From Candidatus Zixiibacteriota bacterium (GTDB lineage Bacteria; Zixibacteria; MSB-5A5; GN15; FEB-12): a stretch of DNA of 64,000 nt. Below, piece after piece: positions 1-9,997 of the stretch. The DNA is taken from NCBI GenBank assembly GCA_019038695.1, contig JAHOYZ010000028.1, positions 12,492 to 76,491 of the forward strand, read 5' to 3'. The notes beneath the pieces are model-generated. The model made no database searches. It had not been told where the DNA came from and saw nothing but the letters and a program-made list of their open reading frames with translations. Position numbers and translations under genes: made by a program. Numbering within the stretch: position 1 is the first letter of the stretch; every line of letters starts with the position of its first letter.

Positions 1-77
1 AAGGCGGTAACAACTACAGCCAGACCGATAACCCACCAGGGGTGATTGATAGAAAAATCTGTAAGTCCTCTCTTCAT
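1..77 (-). CDS. Partial (N-terminus only) membrane protein, possibly an MMPL/RND-type transporter
   Basis: GGAGG RBS then ATG at 77; MKRGLTDFSINHPWWVIGLAVVVTA resembles RND/MMPL N-termini; runs off the window. Confidence 0.5.
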   Translation of the reverse strand, partial: MKRGLTDFSINHPWWVIGLAVVVTA

Positions 78-363
78 GGCACTTCCTCCATCCGCTATTA
101 TTTGTCTTTCAGAGTTAGATAAGGAAGCGACAGAAATGATTCAGAAAATGGGACCATCGGAGATAAATTTGATCCCCAAATCCCTCTCCGGTCCAGCTTA
201 GGTCTACTGATGAGACTCGAAAGCAAACTAAAGGTAACACATAGACTGAGAAATACGCTGCAACTCTGATTGCATTTCTACTTGCACGTTTTTTTCAAAA
301 TGCCTACATTTTGTTAATACGCAATAAGATAGTATTGCATATACACATGCATAAGGAGTTGCA

Positions 364-1527
364 ATGCCGCTAAGCAAAGATAAAATTCTCCAATTTGACT
401 TGCTGGATGATGTCGATCTGGATAGAGCCATCGAACTCTTCCGACCAATAAACAGGATCAGTGGTCTATTGACTTTGGTTACTGAAATGCCCTCTTCACC
501 TCGAGTTCCTGCAGTGATTTTCAGGAATGAACTGAAACGGGCAGTTGGCAGTACTACTGCTATTGAGGGAAATACGCTGACCGAGAATGAAATAGCAGCG
601 GCTTTTGAGAAGTCTGACAAGGGCCAAACTCTCAATAGGCTGGAACAGGAGAACCAGAATATTCGCAATGTCTACGAGTTTTTAGTGGACCAAACCAGTG
701 CAGATGGTCCCACTGAGATGAGTGTTGGGTTTCTGCGACAGATGCACACATTCATCACTCGGGACTTGCCGGATCCGTCTAACAAGCCGGGCCAACTTAG
801 GACAGGGCAAGTCCACTTTGGGGTTCCTCTCCTTCCATCTCTCTTTCCAGATCAAGCTGGAGTTGAAACTGCGGTGGACGGATTCGTAAAGTGGTACAAT
901 TCCAGTCAACAGGGATTGGGTGGCGATCCGTTCCTAAAGGCCCTGATGTCGCACTACTATATATCCGAGATACACCCTTTCTTCGATGGAAACGGACGAA
1001 CCGCGCGAGCACTAGAAGCGTACTGCCTATTGACAGAAGCAAGAATGCCTAGCCAGTTTTTCTTTCTCCTGTCAAATTACTGGTATGGTAACAGAGACCA
1101 GTACTTACAAGAGCTACGAAATGTGCGGTCCACCGGATCAGTTGCGGAATTCGTCGGATTCGGCCTTACGGGTGTGCAAAAGGAGATGGATTACATCAGA
1201 GACAGAATTGTCATAAAGACAAGCCAATTAATGTTCAAGGACTATGTTCACTACCTATATCGTGAGAAGAAGAAACGCCCTCACCGCTTGATCAGACGGA
1301 TGGTAAACGTATTGGAGTTGCTCGTGGAAGATGAACCCCAACCGCTAAAGAAGTTCATGAGTTCTCCCCCCGTGAGAGCTCTATACTCCGGCGTCGATTC
1401 CAGTACTCGTTCTCGCCATCTGAAGAGGCTGCAGGAAAACAACTTGGTCCTGATATCAGGAAAGCGTGGCGCAGAAACCATCGAGGCGAATATTGGCATT
1501 CTCAGGGGTGTCGCCTACAATGTCTAA
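364..1527 (+). CDS. Fic family protein (AMPylase), class II-like, with C-terminal wHTH-like region
   Basis: Intact HPFFDGNGRTAR Fic motif; N-terminal TTAIEGN matches the (S/T)xxxE(G/N) inhibitory helix. Confidence 0.9.
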   Translation: MPLSKDKILQFDLLDDVDLDRAIELFRPINRISGLLTLVTEMPSSPRVPAVIFRNELKRAVGSTTAIEGNTLTENEIAAAFEKSDKGQTLNRLEQENQNIRNVYEFLVDQTSADGPTEMSVGFLRQMHTFITRDLPDPSNKPGQLRTGQVHFGVPLLPSLFPDQAGVETAVDGFVKWYNSSQQGLGGDPFLKALMSHYYISEIHPFFDGNGRTARALEAYCLLTEARMPSQFFFLLSNYWYGNRDQYLQELRNVRSTGSVAEFVGFGLTGVQKEMDYIRDRIVIKTSQLMFKDYVHYLYREKKKRPHRLIRRMVNVLELLVEDEPQPLKKFMSSPPVRALYSGVDSSTRSRHLKRLQENNLVLISGKRGAETIEANIGILRGVAYNV

Positions 1528-1539
1528 TAAATCGGTCCC

Positions 1540-1803
1540 TTATTTTCTCCCGAACTTCTTTTCCCAGTGTTTTCTCAGGAGACCCGTGAGCTTCTCTTCA
1601 AGCGCCTGTGGCAGCTGTTCTTCCACTCCGTCACGGCACAGTTTTACGGTCTGTTTGAGAGTGTCAACCATGATTCGGCAATTTCGGCATTCGCCCAGAT
1701 GGGCCTGGATTTCGGCGCACAGTTCGGGGGAAACACCGCCGTCGAGATAGTCGTTGAGATTACTTATGTATTCAGGACACTTTCCGGCCATATTCATCCT
1801 CAA
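1540..1803 (-). CDS. Soluble zinc-finger (zf-HC2/ZAS) anti-sigma factor
   Basis: HLGECRNC (HxxxCxxC); overlaps the 3' end of the ECF sigma gene. Confidence 0.88.
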   Translation of the reverse strand: MRMNMAGKCPEYISNLNDYLDGGVSPELCAEIQAHLGECRNCRIMVDTLKQTVKLCRDGVEEQLPQALEEKLTGLLRKHWEKKFGRK

Positions 1804-2395
1804 ACGTTTTTGCCAGCCGATCGCGCAACGCCAGCCGCGCTCTCAGAATACGCGACTTGGCCGAAGCATCAGACTGTTTGGTCAACCGGGCAACTTCCTT
1901 CACAGACAACTCTTCAACGTACCGTAAAATAAAGGCTTCCCGATACTTGTATGGTAACTCGTTGATAGCCTCGTCGATTATCTTTTTTAACTGCTCTGTT
2001 TCCAGTTGTTTATGCGGATCCCTCCAGTCGAACAGGGCTGATTGCTCATGGTTATGACTGCCACTGTCGGTGAGGCCAGGGAGATATTCTTCAATAGGCT
2101 TGAGGTCGGCCTGGCTTTTTTGCGCAAACCGGCCACGAGCGAAATTCAATGCAATAGTGTACAGCCAGGTACCGAACGAAGAATCCCCGCGAAACTGATC
2201 GATCTTGTCGATGGCTTTCAGCAGTGTATCCTGCATTATATCCTCGGCGTCCTGTTTGTTCTGTGTCAACCGACGAACCATAGCGTACACCTTGCCCTTG
2301 TGAGCATCCACCAGGGAAAGAAAGGCCTCAAAATCACCGGCCTTGGCTTTGGTTAACAGTTCCTTCTCACTCATTTGATAGCCAGGATAGGTCAT
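1772..2395 (-). CDS. ECF RNA polymerase sigma-70 factor
   Basis: Region 2 DAEDIMQDTLLKA/FGTWLYTIALN and region 4 LPYKYREAFILRY...SRILRARLALR. Confidence 0.93.
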   Translation of the reverse strand: MTYPGYQMSEKELLTKAKAGDFEAFLSLVDAHKGKVYAMVRRLTQNKQDAEDIMQDTLLKAIDKIDQFRGDSSFGTWLYTIALNFARGRFAQKSQADLKPIEEYLPGLTDSGSHNHEQSALFDWRDPHKQLETEQLKKIIDEAINELPYKYREAFILRYVEELSVKEVARLTKQSDASAKSRILRARLALRDRLAKTFEDEYGRKVS

Positions 2396-2489
2396 TTGAT
2401 TCAGGATATGAAGATAAATATTAAGGATGTCCGCTTGACCTTTGTTAAGCCCTCAACTTGAGGATTAGGAGGATACTCTGATGAGGAAA

Positions 2490-2518
2490 GCGGTGTTGGT
2501 TATACGAATTTCGCAACT
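2490..2518 (+). repeat. att-like repeat, L family
   Basis: GCGGTGTTGGTTATACGAATTTCGCAACT; family also at 3624, 13355, 17481, 17556. Confidence 0.8.
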
Positions 2519-2706
2519 ATCTGCAGTGGGAGGACACCAGGAACCTTCTTGAATCCTACACCGGGTTCTGCTGAGTGCCGGTCGCAACTGGGTGATGGAG
2601 AACGCGGCCCAAAGGACATTGCCAGAGCACAAACCGTGGCTTAGATTGCAACACCACTTGTCCGAATTGTCTAAAGACGTACTCGCCGGACCAAACCTGA
2701 CATTCT

Positions 2707-3420
2707 TCAATCCTTCACACAGCGCACTGACTTTCCCGCATACGGCCAACTTCCACCTCGAAGGATCTCAGCTGATCTATAACTCAAACTGGTATTGAGC
2801 ACTGTAGTAGCATTCAGGTAGGATGATGTCCAGAAATATGCCTCCTCTTCCATTCTATCAAAGTGGCCGGCGGGCATACGCTGGCCGCCGGGAAGGGCAG
2901 TAAATCCGTACTCATCTGAGGCTCCCGTGTTTGGACTGCGCCAATGGTTTGTCCCACGTTGTTTCAATTTACCACCGGCCGTGTAGTAGTCACCGACAAA
3001 ACCGATAAGAGTCTGCCATTCACTGTCGGACGCCACATGCCAACCTGCAGGAGCAATTTTGCGGCTATCAACTACCGCATACGAGTTATATATCCTTCCG
3101 TATGTGTCGATGATTGTATCACTGTTATTGTAGGAGCAGCAGGCACCGACTCTGGTTTCAAACCAGCCCGTATTGTCGGTGATTACGTTGATCTCATCGC
3201 CGTTGCGATAATGAGTCACGCGCAGGTTTTCAGCCATCCACCACTGGTTGCCAATCTTCACCGTGGCATAGACATTTCCATCAAGATCAGTGACACTCCC
3301 GGTTTCGATTGTGTTTTCATCACCTGAGTTAGCAGGATTGTCATCGCCACATCCCAAAGCGCAGAGAACCAGGCCGAGTGCTATCAGGATTGTGAAAAGA
3401 AAGAACCATGAAGATTTCAT
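2707..3420 (-). CDS. FISUMP (Fibrobacter succinogenes major paralogous domain) lipoprotein
   Basis: Lipobox ALGC; DLDGNVYATVKIGNQWWMAENL, PAGWHVASDSEW, SVRCVKD. Confidence 0.9.
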   Translation of the reverse strand: MKSSWFFLFTILIALGLVLCALGCGDDNPANSGDENTIETGSVTDLDGNVYATVKIGNQWWMAENLRVTHYRNGDEINVITDNTGWFETRVGACCSYNNSDTIIDTYGRIYNSYAVVDSRKIAPAGWHVASDSEWQTLIGFVGDYYTAGGKLKQRGTNHWRSPNTGASDEYGFTALPGGQRMPAGHFDRMEEEAYFWTSSYLNATTVLNTSLSYRSAEILRGGSWPYAGKSVRCVKD

Positions 3421-3623
3421 GACTCACCTCACGGTTTACCTAAGGTATTCATGTCAACATTAACATAGGCAGCATAGATCATACTGTCAATGTCGATTAG
3501 AATCGGCGAGATGCCGTCTGCTGCGAGGGAGATAGAAGAAATTTTGTCGTATATGACGGAAGTACTGCCTATCGACTGTCGTGGCGGGAGCGTAAGGCAT
3601 TGTTGTATTACGGCTTAATGAAA

Positions 3624-3652
3624 GCGGGGGTGGTTATGCGAAGCCCGTAATT
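3624..3652 (+). repeat. att-like repeat, L family (degenerate)
   Basis: GCGGGGGTGGTTATGCGAAGCCCGTAATT, ungapped alignment to the L consensus. Confidence 0.65.
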
Positions 3653-3839
3653 TTTATAGTGGGAAGCGACCAAACCAAAGGTGTTAATTCAAACAATATT
3701 ATAATAATGTGAGGGTTACTTACGATATTTGAGTTGCGAATGTAACCATTGGTCAATTGAAGACTGATGCAATAACGATGTCGGTACCGCCCTCGCTGTT
3801 GACGTTGCCGCAAATATAAAAGGGCACTTGAACGGATGA

Positions 3840-4892
3840 TTATGCCAACCCGCGGCTTTCGAGGCGTATCTTTTCCCAGGTTGGAAAATCTTTAGGCGGG
3901 TGGACTATCTCACTCTCCGGTTTTAGTTTCAATTCGATCGCTTCCTCTGGGCATTCTGTCACGCACAATCCGCATCCGATACATTGTTCACGTATGATAA
4001 CCGAAACATCATCCTCCGTTTCAATCGCGTTCACCTGGCATCTATCATGACAGGTCTGACAATCGCTGCAATTATCGGAGTCAACAACAGCGTAGTAGTT
4101 GGCATAGGCAACCGATTTACTTATGCCCCATTCTGTGATCCCCCGCAAAACGGCGCAACAGCATCCGCAACAATTGCAAATATACCCGATACCGTCAGTG
4201 ACGTTGCTAACGCAGTGCACCAGTCCGACTTCTTCAGCCTCATCAAGAAGCGCCAAAGCTTCTTCCTGCGATATAGAATCGAATCCCGGCGTTCCGCTCT
4301 GTAGATTGAACACCAGACAATTCCTGACAGGAAAATCACATTTTTGTCCCAGATGCGCTTTTTGAACCCGGCAAATACAATCATGATTGGCAAACGACTT
4401 CGCTTTCATAAGGATTTTCTTGACGTCATCGTATGGAAGCACCCAATCTCCCGTGACCGCACCCCGCACCGGAATCACGCGATGAAGCGCCGGATCATAC
4501 TTCATAATTCCTGCCGCTCCGCCGTCCGCGAGGTAATCATCAACCAACTGAGCCAGTTCCTTGTCCATGCTAAATACTTGTGCTTCATAAATCCCTACAA
4601 CGAACGGAGCCAATCGGAACTTCACATCGTCGGAGCTTCTATCAAGCCACACCAACCCTTTCTGAGCCATTTCTTTTAACGCGGCCGCCACCTCGTCGAC
4701 AGGAAGTCCGGCTCTATGCGCAATAGCTTTGGTCGGTTCCATTGTCCCGGTTAAACACCCCACCAGCTTTGCTTCTTCCTCCGAAAATATCTTCTGCAGC
4801 AATGTAATTTCAACATTGGAAGGAGTCCGCGGAAATCCGTTTGGTAATCTATCCAAAGCCTGCGCCAGTTTTTCATAAATTTCAGTATTCAT
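3840..4892 (-). CDS. 4Fe-4S dicluster protein with N-terminal wHTH-like region
   Basis: CSDCQTCHDRC and CIGCGLCVTECP ferredoxin motifs plus ICNCCGCCC; start taken at MNTEIY. Confidence 0.8.
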   Translation of the reverse strand: MNTEIYEKLAQALDRLPNGFPRTPSNVEITLLQKIFSEEEAKLVGCLTGTMEPTKAIAHRAGLPVDEVAAALKEMAQKGLVWLDRSSDDVKFRLAPFVVGIYEAQVFSMDKELAQLVDDYLADGGAAGIMKYDPALHRVIPVRGAVTGDWVLPYDDVKKILMKAKSFANHDCICRVQKAHLGQKCDFPVRNCLVFNLQSGTPGFDSISQEEALALLDEAEEVGLVHCVSNVTDGIGYICNCCGCCCAVLRGITEWGISKSVAYANYYAVVDSDNCSDCQTCHDRCQVNAIETEDDVSVIIREQCIGCGLCVTECPEEAIELKLKPESEIVHPPKDFPTWEKIRLESRGLA

Positions 4893-5089
4893 CCTTTTCC
4901 TGTCCTTCTGTATTAGTTCCCACTCATTCGTTCCCACCGGAACCTGCAATTAATGATTGATGCTATAAATAAGGGGAAGTATACCGATTGAATCAAGAAT
5001 AAATGTAATTAACGGGGGTCCTATGTCTAATGACACTCTTGTGTGGCGAGGATCCGTAAGTTATTGTGTATCAAAATAAGTAACCCCAA

Positions 5090-5108
5090 TATCACTCTCA
5101 GAAAACTT
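5090..5108 (+). repeat. T-family arm; perfect 17-bp inverted repeat with 6442-6458
   Basis: TCACTCTCAGAAAACTT (5092-5108) vs AAGTTTTCTGAGAGTGA (6442-6458). Confidence 0.75.
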
Positions 5109-5621
5109 TGGTGGAATTCGATTTCGAGGTGAGATACGGCTATTTCATTTTAATCGGAACGAGATGGAAAACAATTAAATAGAGGATTAGAACCCCATAT
5201 TCGCGTGGCAGCACAAGGAATTACACAATATTTTGACCATATTGTGACCGTTTTCCGGGGTGTATTTCAGCAGTAGCATCTTCTCGGTCACGACATGGTC
5301 TTCAGCCTGGAACCTATAGAATTGACGCATATCGAAACAGCTTTACCGGAGGAGTTAGTACCATATCAAACAACAGTATGCGCACCTGCCGGCTCTACCC
5401 AGTCGACAAGGGTTGAAGGGATTGGGATAGTCCTGAGTCATAACTGTCCTTTGAATCGTCGCAGGGATGAGGATGTTACTTTGTCCCAGTATAGCGGCAG
5501 CAAGCCACTGTCGTTACCCTGATTTACAAATGTAATTCCAAGGATTTATTGACACTGTCATTCCGGTATGCAGAATTGCCACACAAAACCGATGAATAAT
5601 AGTACATTAGAAGGCAAGAAT

Positions 5622-6281
5622 ATGATTAGAAGATTAGCTTTTTTTGTGGCACTGCTGGTGCCCTCTGTTGCAACTACAACCGAACGTATGATTGGCCTTG
5701 TCGAGGTCGCTGCTTTCCACGAGATCTCGGGTAAAGATGGACAGGACATACCCAGAGGGCCGGTTGTTTTATATGTAGAGCCAAATATTGACGCGAAGAT
5801 TGCGGTTGTCGTTCGAGACCATAAGCACTTGGAGTCCCGCGAACACAGCTACGAACAGGTGTCCGCTGTGGTTTACGATCGAACCAGAAATTCGGGTGGA
5901 GACTTCTGGTACAAGCTCCGGTACTTTGACGGGGAGAAGGAGATCTTTGGGTGGCTAAGCCAAACCGACGCCGGCAAGTTCCGAAGCTACCCTGATATCG
6001 TAGTACGCGATTTGACTTATTTGTCTGCCGATTGGGACAAACGGCTTTTCGAGCGCCCCGACACATCTGCTCCATTCAGACAATTTGAGGAATTGGGAGA
6101 ATATCCAGACGTGCGCGTGGCCGATGTTAAGTATGTTAACGAGGATGTCTGGTTTCTTGTCGTAGTAGTTGATGGTAATATCTGCACTGGCGGAGGAACT
6201 AACATCATTGCAACAGGCTGGGTATTAGCTTACGCAGAGAACGGCTCAGCTACAGTTTGGTACTACTCGCGCGGTTGTTGA
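5622..6281 (+). CDS. Hypothetical secreted protein
   Basis: Open 219-aa frame with signal-like MIRRLAFFVALLVPSVA; start uncertain. Confidence 0.6.
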   Translation: MIRRLAFFVALLVPSVATTTERMIGLVEVAAFHEISGKDGQDIPRGPVVLYVEPNIDAKIAVVVRDHKHLESREHSYEQVSAVVYDRTRNSGGDFWYKLRYFDGEKEIFGWLSQTDAGKFRSYPDIVVRDLTYLSADWDKRLFERPDTSAPFRQFEELGEYPDVRVADVKYVNEDVWFLVVVVDGNICTGGGTNIIATGWVLAYAENGSATVWYYSRGC

Positions 6282-6441
6282 AATCGTAAAATATACATTG
6301 TTAAAACGAGTAGTAATAATTGAGGATTTCTTACCCTGATCATACTATCCTCATTGTATATTTAGGTTTTAATCATTTGCAGGGCTTTTCGCCGCCTACC
6401 CCACGCATGAATATAAGATAACTGGAACGCAAATGCTGGAT

Positions 6442-6461
6442 AAGTTTTCTGAGAGTGAGGT
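6442..6461 (-). repeat. Inverted T-family arm
   Basis: Reverse complement ACCTCACTCTCAGAAAACTT; first 17 nt identical to 13890-13906. Confidence 0.75.
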
Positions 6462-6509
6462 TTGTTGGCTGACAGATGCTATAAGCTAATGAATAAAACG
6501 GTACAAAAA

Positions 6510-6541
6510 GCGGGGCATACGAAACGCGTTCATCAACTGGG
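6510..6541 (+). repeat. att-like repeat, R family
   Basis: GCGGGGCATACGAAACGCGTTCATCAACTGGG, aligns to the 9510 copy. Confidence 0.7.
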
Positions 6542-6719
6542 TAATTGAAAACATCGAAGCGTGAGACATCACACTCCTGCCATTTAACTTCTTCTTTCGC
6601 TATACCCACTTCAAGGTACCGGACCGTAGAAGAAGTGGACAGAAACTATTTGATGATGTATGATACATTGAAAGTTTTAATATCTTGTTTTGATGTCCAG
6701 TAGATTCATATAACGAGAA

Positions 6720-7376
6720 TTGTTACCCGTGAAGATAAAAGCTGTATTTTTTGATTTGGATGGAACAATAATTAGGAACACCGATTCTGTTAGATATCTC
6801 TGTATACAAAATGATAGATTAAGTGAATTTGAAAAAATAGAATGCCTTGAAGACGATAACAATATTCCGTGGATTGAGGCCGATTATCTTAAGGCAGAAC
6901 TAATCAAAGGCCTCAGTTTCAGAGATGCAGATGACAAATTCGATGACAATATAGAACTTATTCAGAATCTGGAAATGGTTTTGACATATTTGAAAGAAAA
7001 GGGAGTGAAATCGGTACTAATAACAGCAGGGCCAATTCAAGTTGCCAATATCCTCGGGACTAAATTTGATTTCGATGGTATTTATGGCAGTCAGTATGAA
7101 TTAAAAGACCAGAAATTTACCGGAAAGATCTTATCTCACCTGGGAAGTAAAGGAAAGGTAAATGGTCTTAATGATTTTTGTGCAAATAACAGTATTTGCT
7201 TGAACCAGTGTGTTGCAATTGGAGATAGCGAATCAGATATTGATATCTTTAAAAAATGTAGTAAGTCAATCGCCATAAACTATTCCGACGCATTGAAGGG
7301 AAAGGCATCTGATTATATTATCACCGATGATCTTTCGGACATTATTGATATTATTGAATCCTGGCTCGCCGAATAA
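6720..7376 (+). CDS. HAD-superfamily phosphatase (phosphoserine phosphatase-like, IB)
   Basis: FDLDGT motif I, ITAG motif II, GDSESD motif IV; AT-rich. Confidence 0.88.
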   Translation: MLPVKIKAVFFDLDGTIIRNTDSVRYLCIQNDRLSEFEKIECLEDDNNIPWIEADYLKAELIKGLSFRDADDKFDDNIELIQNLEMVLTYLKEKGVKSVLITAGPIQVANILGTKFDFDGIYGSQYELKDQKFTGKILSHLGSKGKVNGLNDFCANNSICLNQCVAIGDSESDIDIFKKCSKSIAINYSDALKGKASDYIITDDLSDIIDIIESWLAE

Positions 7377-7486
7377 GTAATGTCGAACTGATAATGTGGC
7401 TTCAGTATCATGGCGAGGTTGCTGGGATGCATATCGAAACTTTCTGGTAAGTAAGACAGGAGCATCTGGCTCCCGTCATATACTTG

Positions 7487-7981
7487 TTAGAAAGACCAGT
7501 TGACTATAGGAAAGACTGGAAACTGACCTCCCTGCTTGATGATATTCACCAATCCGATCTGCAAACCTTTCATGCTCAAGGCATAGTTGACAAGCCCAAG
7601 TTGAAATCCACTGGCGTGGCCAGCGTAGTTCACAACACCCCACTGGAACCCTTCGAAATTACCTTTGGTAATGTTCACCGCAGTGCTCTGCCAGCCCGTG
7701 AAGTCGGCGTCAACAAGACCGACAAACCCGAACTGCACACCCTTGGACATGCCCGAAGTAGAATGGCTGACAAGCCCCCAATCCAAGCCCGTGACATACT
7801 TATTCCGTCCGTACAGCAAACTGAGTCGAACACCTGATATTGGATTCTCTTCAGGAACGAGTTGAATCGGAGAAAACAACGAAAGCTGGATCGGCTTCTC
7901 CTGAGCCAGTACCGGCTGGGCAACAAGAATGAGAGTGAGGATCGCAACCCCGAATAGACTACAGTTTTTCTTAGACAACAT
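7487..7981 (-). CDS. Secreted protein with LA_2272-like GxQxGLVN repeats
   Basis: Signal peptide; repeated GFQWGVVNY/GFQLGLVNY/GLQIGLVN; terminal Phe. Confidence 0.7.
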   Translation of the reverse strand: MLSKKNCSLFGVAILTLILVAQPVLAQEKPIQLSLFSPIQLVPEENPISGVRLSLLYGRNKYVTGLDWGLVSHSTSGMSKGVQFGFVGLVDADFTGWQSTAVNITKGNFEGFQWGVVNYAGHASGFQLGLVNYALSMKGLQIGLVNIIKQGGQFPVFPIVNWSF

Positions 7982-8151
7982 ATCCTCCTATCTGTTGATT
8001 CCCACAATTACTAGGAACTCTAGTGATAAATATACGAAATCCCGTATCCATATTCAAGCTAAAGCAGATTCCACAAGATTGTGCAGCGGTTCAGCCTAAT
8101 CAGGACACGGTTGACTTGAAGTTAAGCCGTGTCTTGCTAAACAAGTAGAGT

Positions 8152-8244
8152 AGTTCTTGACAATGAACAGTCAACTGTTTGTTAATGTGTTGTATTGTAG
8201 GCTATTACGATAGATGCAGGGTTAACCGTTCAATACCCAGAATT
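8152..8244. repeat. Composite attP-like junction: inverted P arm, 25-bp palindrome, tRNA core, direct P arm
   Basis: AGTTCTTGACAATGAACAGTCAAC (8152-8175); TAAT-N17-ATTA (8183-8207); GCAGGGTTAACCGTTCAATACCCAGAATT (8216-8244). Confidence 0.7.
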
Positions 8245-8403
8245 TTTCATCTGAGTTTTCAGATCGATTAGGAATATTGGGAAAAGCGGTGTTGAGGTCA
8301 CAATCGACAGTATTTTTTGGATGCGATTTTGGCTCCAATAGCCCCGAGTCACATAAACTTTGGCAATGACGTTATTGGTTAGTAGTGGTGTTTTTTACTG
8401 AAA

Positions 8404-9486
8404 TCAGAATCGCTTCTGGTAGAAATGGCAGTAGGGCATTTTGCCGGTGTCTTCATAATAATCCTGATGGTATTCCTCGGCCGGCCAGAACTCTCCTGCA
8501 GGTACCACCTCGGTAACCACATCGAACCCCTTCTCCTTCAAAATCGTGATAAGCTCCAGAGTCACCTTTTCTTGTTCATCACTGGTTACCAGGACCGCCG
8601 ACCGATACTGCGGTCCAACATCTAGCCCCTGGCAATTGCTCTGAGTCGGGTCGTGGATTTCAAAAAAGAACCGTGCCAGAGTCTCAAAGGATGTCACCGA
8701 TGGGTCAAAGGTTATTTCGACAGTCTCCGTATGACCTGTCTGGCCTGCGCAGACTTCGCGGTAGCTCGGGTTCTCCGCCACTCCACCCATGTATCCGACC
8801 TCAGTTTCCAGTACCCCTTCCTGCTGGCGCAGCAGATGTTCGATTCCCCAGAAGCAGCCGCCAGCAAAATAAGCCTTCTCCACTCCTCTGGACGTTTCTA
8901 CGGGAACGAAGACGAGTGAGATGGAATTGACGCAGTGCCTGGTATTTTTAGGAGTGAAACCTTCGCGCAGAAAGACGTGACCCAGGTTTCCTTCACAGCT
9001 GACGCAGACAATCTCTGTTCGGTTGCCGTCGGTATCAGGCTGGTGCTTCACTGCTCCGGGTATTTCATCGTCGAAACTCGGCCAACCACAGCCTAATGAG
9101 AACTTGTCCTCCGATCGGTACAAAGGTGCATTGCACTGCTGGCAGATATATGTACCGATCTGTTTGTGATCATTGTACTTGCCACTGAACGACACTTCTG
9201 TACCCTTATGAACAATGACTCGCTCTTCTTCCAGAGTCAGCTTGTTGTATGTCATAATCTTCTCCTTGCTACCTGCTATATCTTCCGATTCTGCGATTGC
9301 ATAAGTCAGTAGCGTCATCAGAATCATGAGAATTGCGCCGGAGGTAAATTTTACTCGTCGCCTTATGCTCTTCAAATCATCCATCATGTGATAAAACGGT
9401 CTCGGGATACGATTTGTGCCCGGTTTCATCAACCCTTCCCGAGCCACCGGTATTGACATTACGAAACGAAGGCTTTGTAGGTACAA
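8404..9486 (-). CDS. msrAB: Bifunctional methionine sulfoxide reductase MsrB-MsrA, probably exported
   Basis: MsrB GCGWPSF and RHCVNS; MsrA FAGGCFWG and AEEYHQDY; hydrophobic N-terminal stretch; true start probably downstream of 9486. Confidence 0.93.
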   Translation of the reverse strand: MYLQSLRFVMSIPVAREGLMKPGTNRIPRPFYHMMDDLKSIRRRVKFTSGAILMILMTLLTYAIAESEDIAGSKEKIMTYNKLTLEEERVIVHKGTEVSFSGKYNDHKQIGTYICQQCNAPLYRSEDKFSLGCGWPSFDDEIPGAVKHQPDTDGNRTEIVCVSCEGNLGHVFLREGFTPKNTRHCVNSISLVFVPVETSRGVEKAYFAGGCFWGIEHLLRQQEGVLETEVGYMGGVAENPSYREVCAGQTGHTETVEITFDPSVTSFETLARFFFEIHDPTQSNCQGLDVGPQYRSAVLVTSDEQEKVTLELITILKEKGFDVVTEVVPAGEFWPAEEYHQDYYEDTGKMPYCHFYQKRF

Positions 9487-9509
9487 CTCAGGGTGAGCTA
9501 ACGAGAATG

Positions 9510-9545
9510 GCGGGGTGGACGAGACACGTTCCGCAACTGGGTGAT
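9510..9545 (+). repeat. att-like repeat, R family (longest tRNA-Asp homology)
   Basis: GCGGGGTGGACGAGACACG vs tRNA reverse complement GCGGGGTTGACGAGACTCG (17/19), followed by TTCCGCAACTGGGTGAT. Confidence 0.85.
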
Positions 9546-9584
9546 AGAGAATTCGGCAGCGTGATTATGGAGGAAGCAACGTCT

Positions 9585-9926
9585 CTACATTTCAGTAATC
9601 GCTTCCTTGGCCTCGTCCATGCTGTCATAGCAGTCGAATACTTGAATCAAGCGCGTTAATACCAGCAACTCTCGGACACTGTCAATTCTGGCTAAAGCTA
9701 CATGTCCGCCAGCCCTCTTCACTGAGGTATAACACCCTATCAACATACCGAGACCCTGTGAGTTGGTCCATTCGACATCACCCATATCTATTACAAACTT
9801 CCTTGTATTAGATTTGAGGTGGTCGTGGAGTCGGTTTCGACACATCACAGTGTCCTTACCGCCCATAATCTTCCCGGAGATACTGATGACAACAACATCG
9901 CCTTCCAATACATCCTTGAATTCCAT
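9585..9926 (-). CDS. STAS-domain anti-sigma factor antagonist
   Basis: VIDMGDVEWTNSQGLGML phospho-Ser motif; GGAG RBS. Confidence 0.88.
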   Translation of the reverse strand: MEFKDVLEGDVVVISISGKIMGGKDTVMCRNRLHDHLKSNTRKFVIDMGDVEWTNSQGLGMLIGCYTSVKRAGGHVALARIDSVRELLVLTRLIQVFDCYDSMDEAKEAITEM

Positions 9927-9997
9927 ATAGGGCTCCTTTCACATCAAGTGCGACATCTACCGCCCTTTGGTCCGCCACTTATTATCACTCTCCGCTC

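Noticed and set aside
5090-5106. Similarity of the T arm (TATCACTCTCAGAAAAC) to Tn402/Tn5053 ends (TGTC.TTTTCAGAAGAC)
   Set aside because: The terminal TG is absent in all copies and there are no tni genes; the resemblance may be chance
5295-5522. Short ORF or LQPGTYRIDA fragment
   Set aside because: No coherent start, RBS or length; at most a decayed fragment
6373-6609. 78-aa ORF with NLTLRKLIQHL resembling an IS1 InsB tail
   Set aside because: The similarity comes from translating the T-arm DNA repeat; no other transposase motifs
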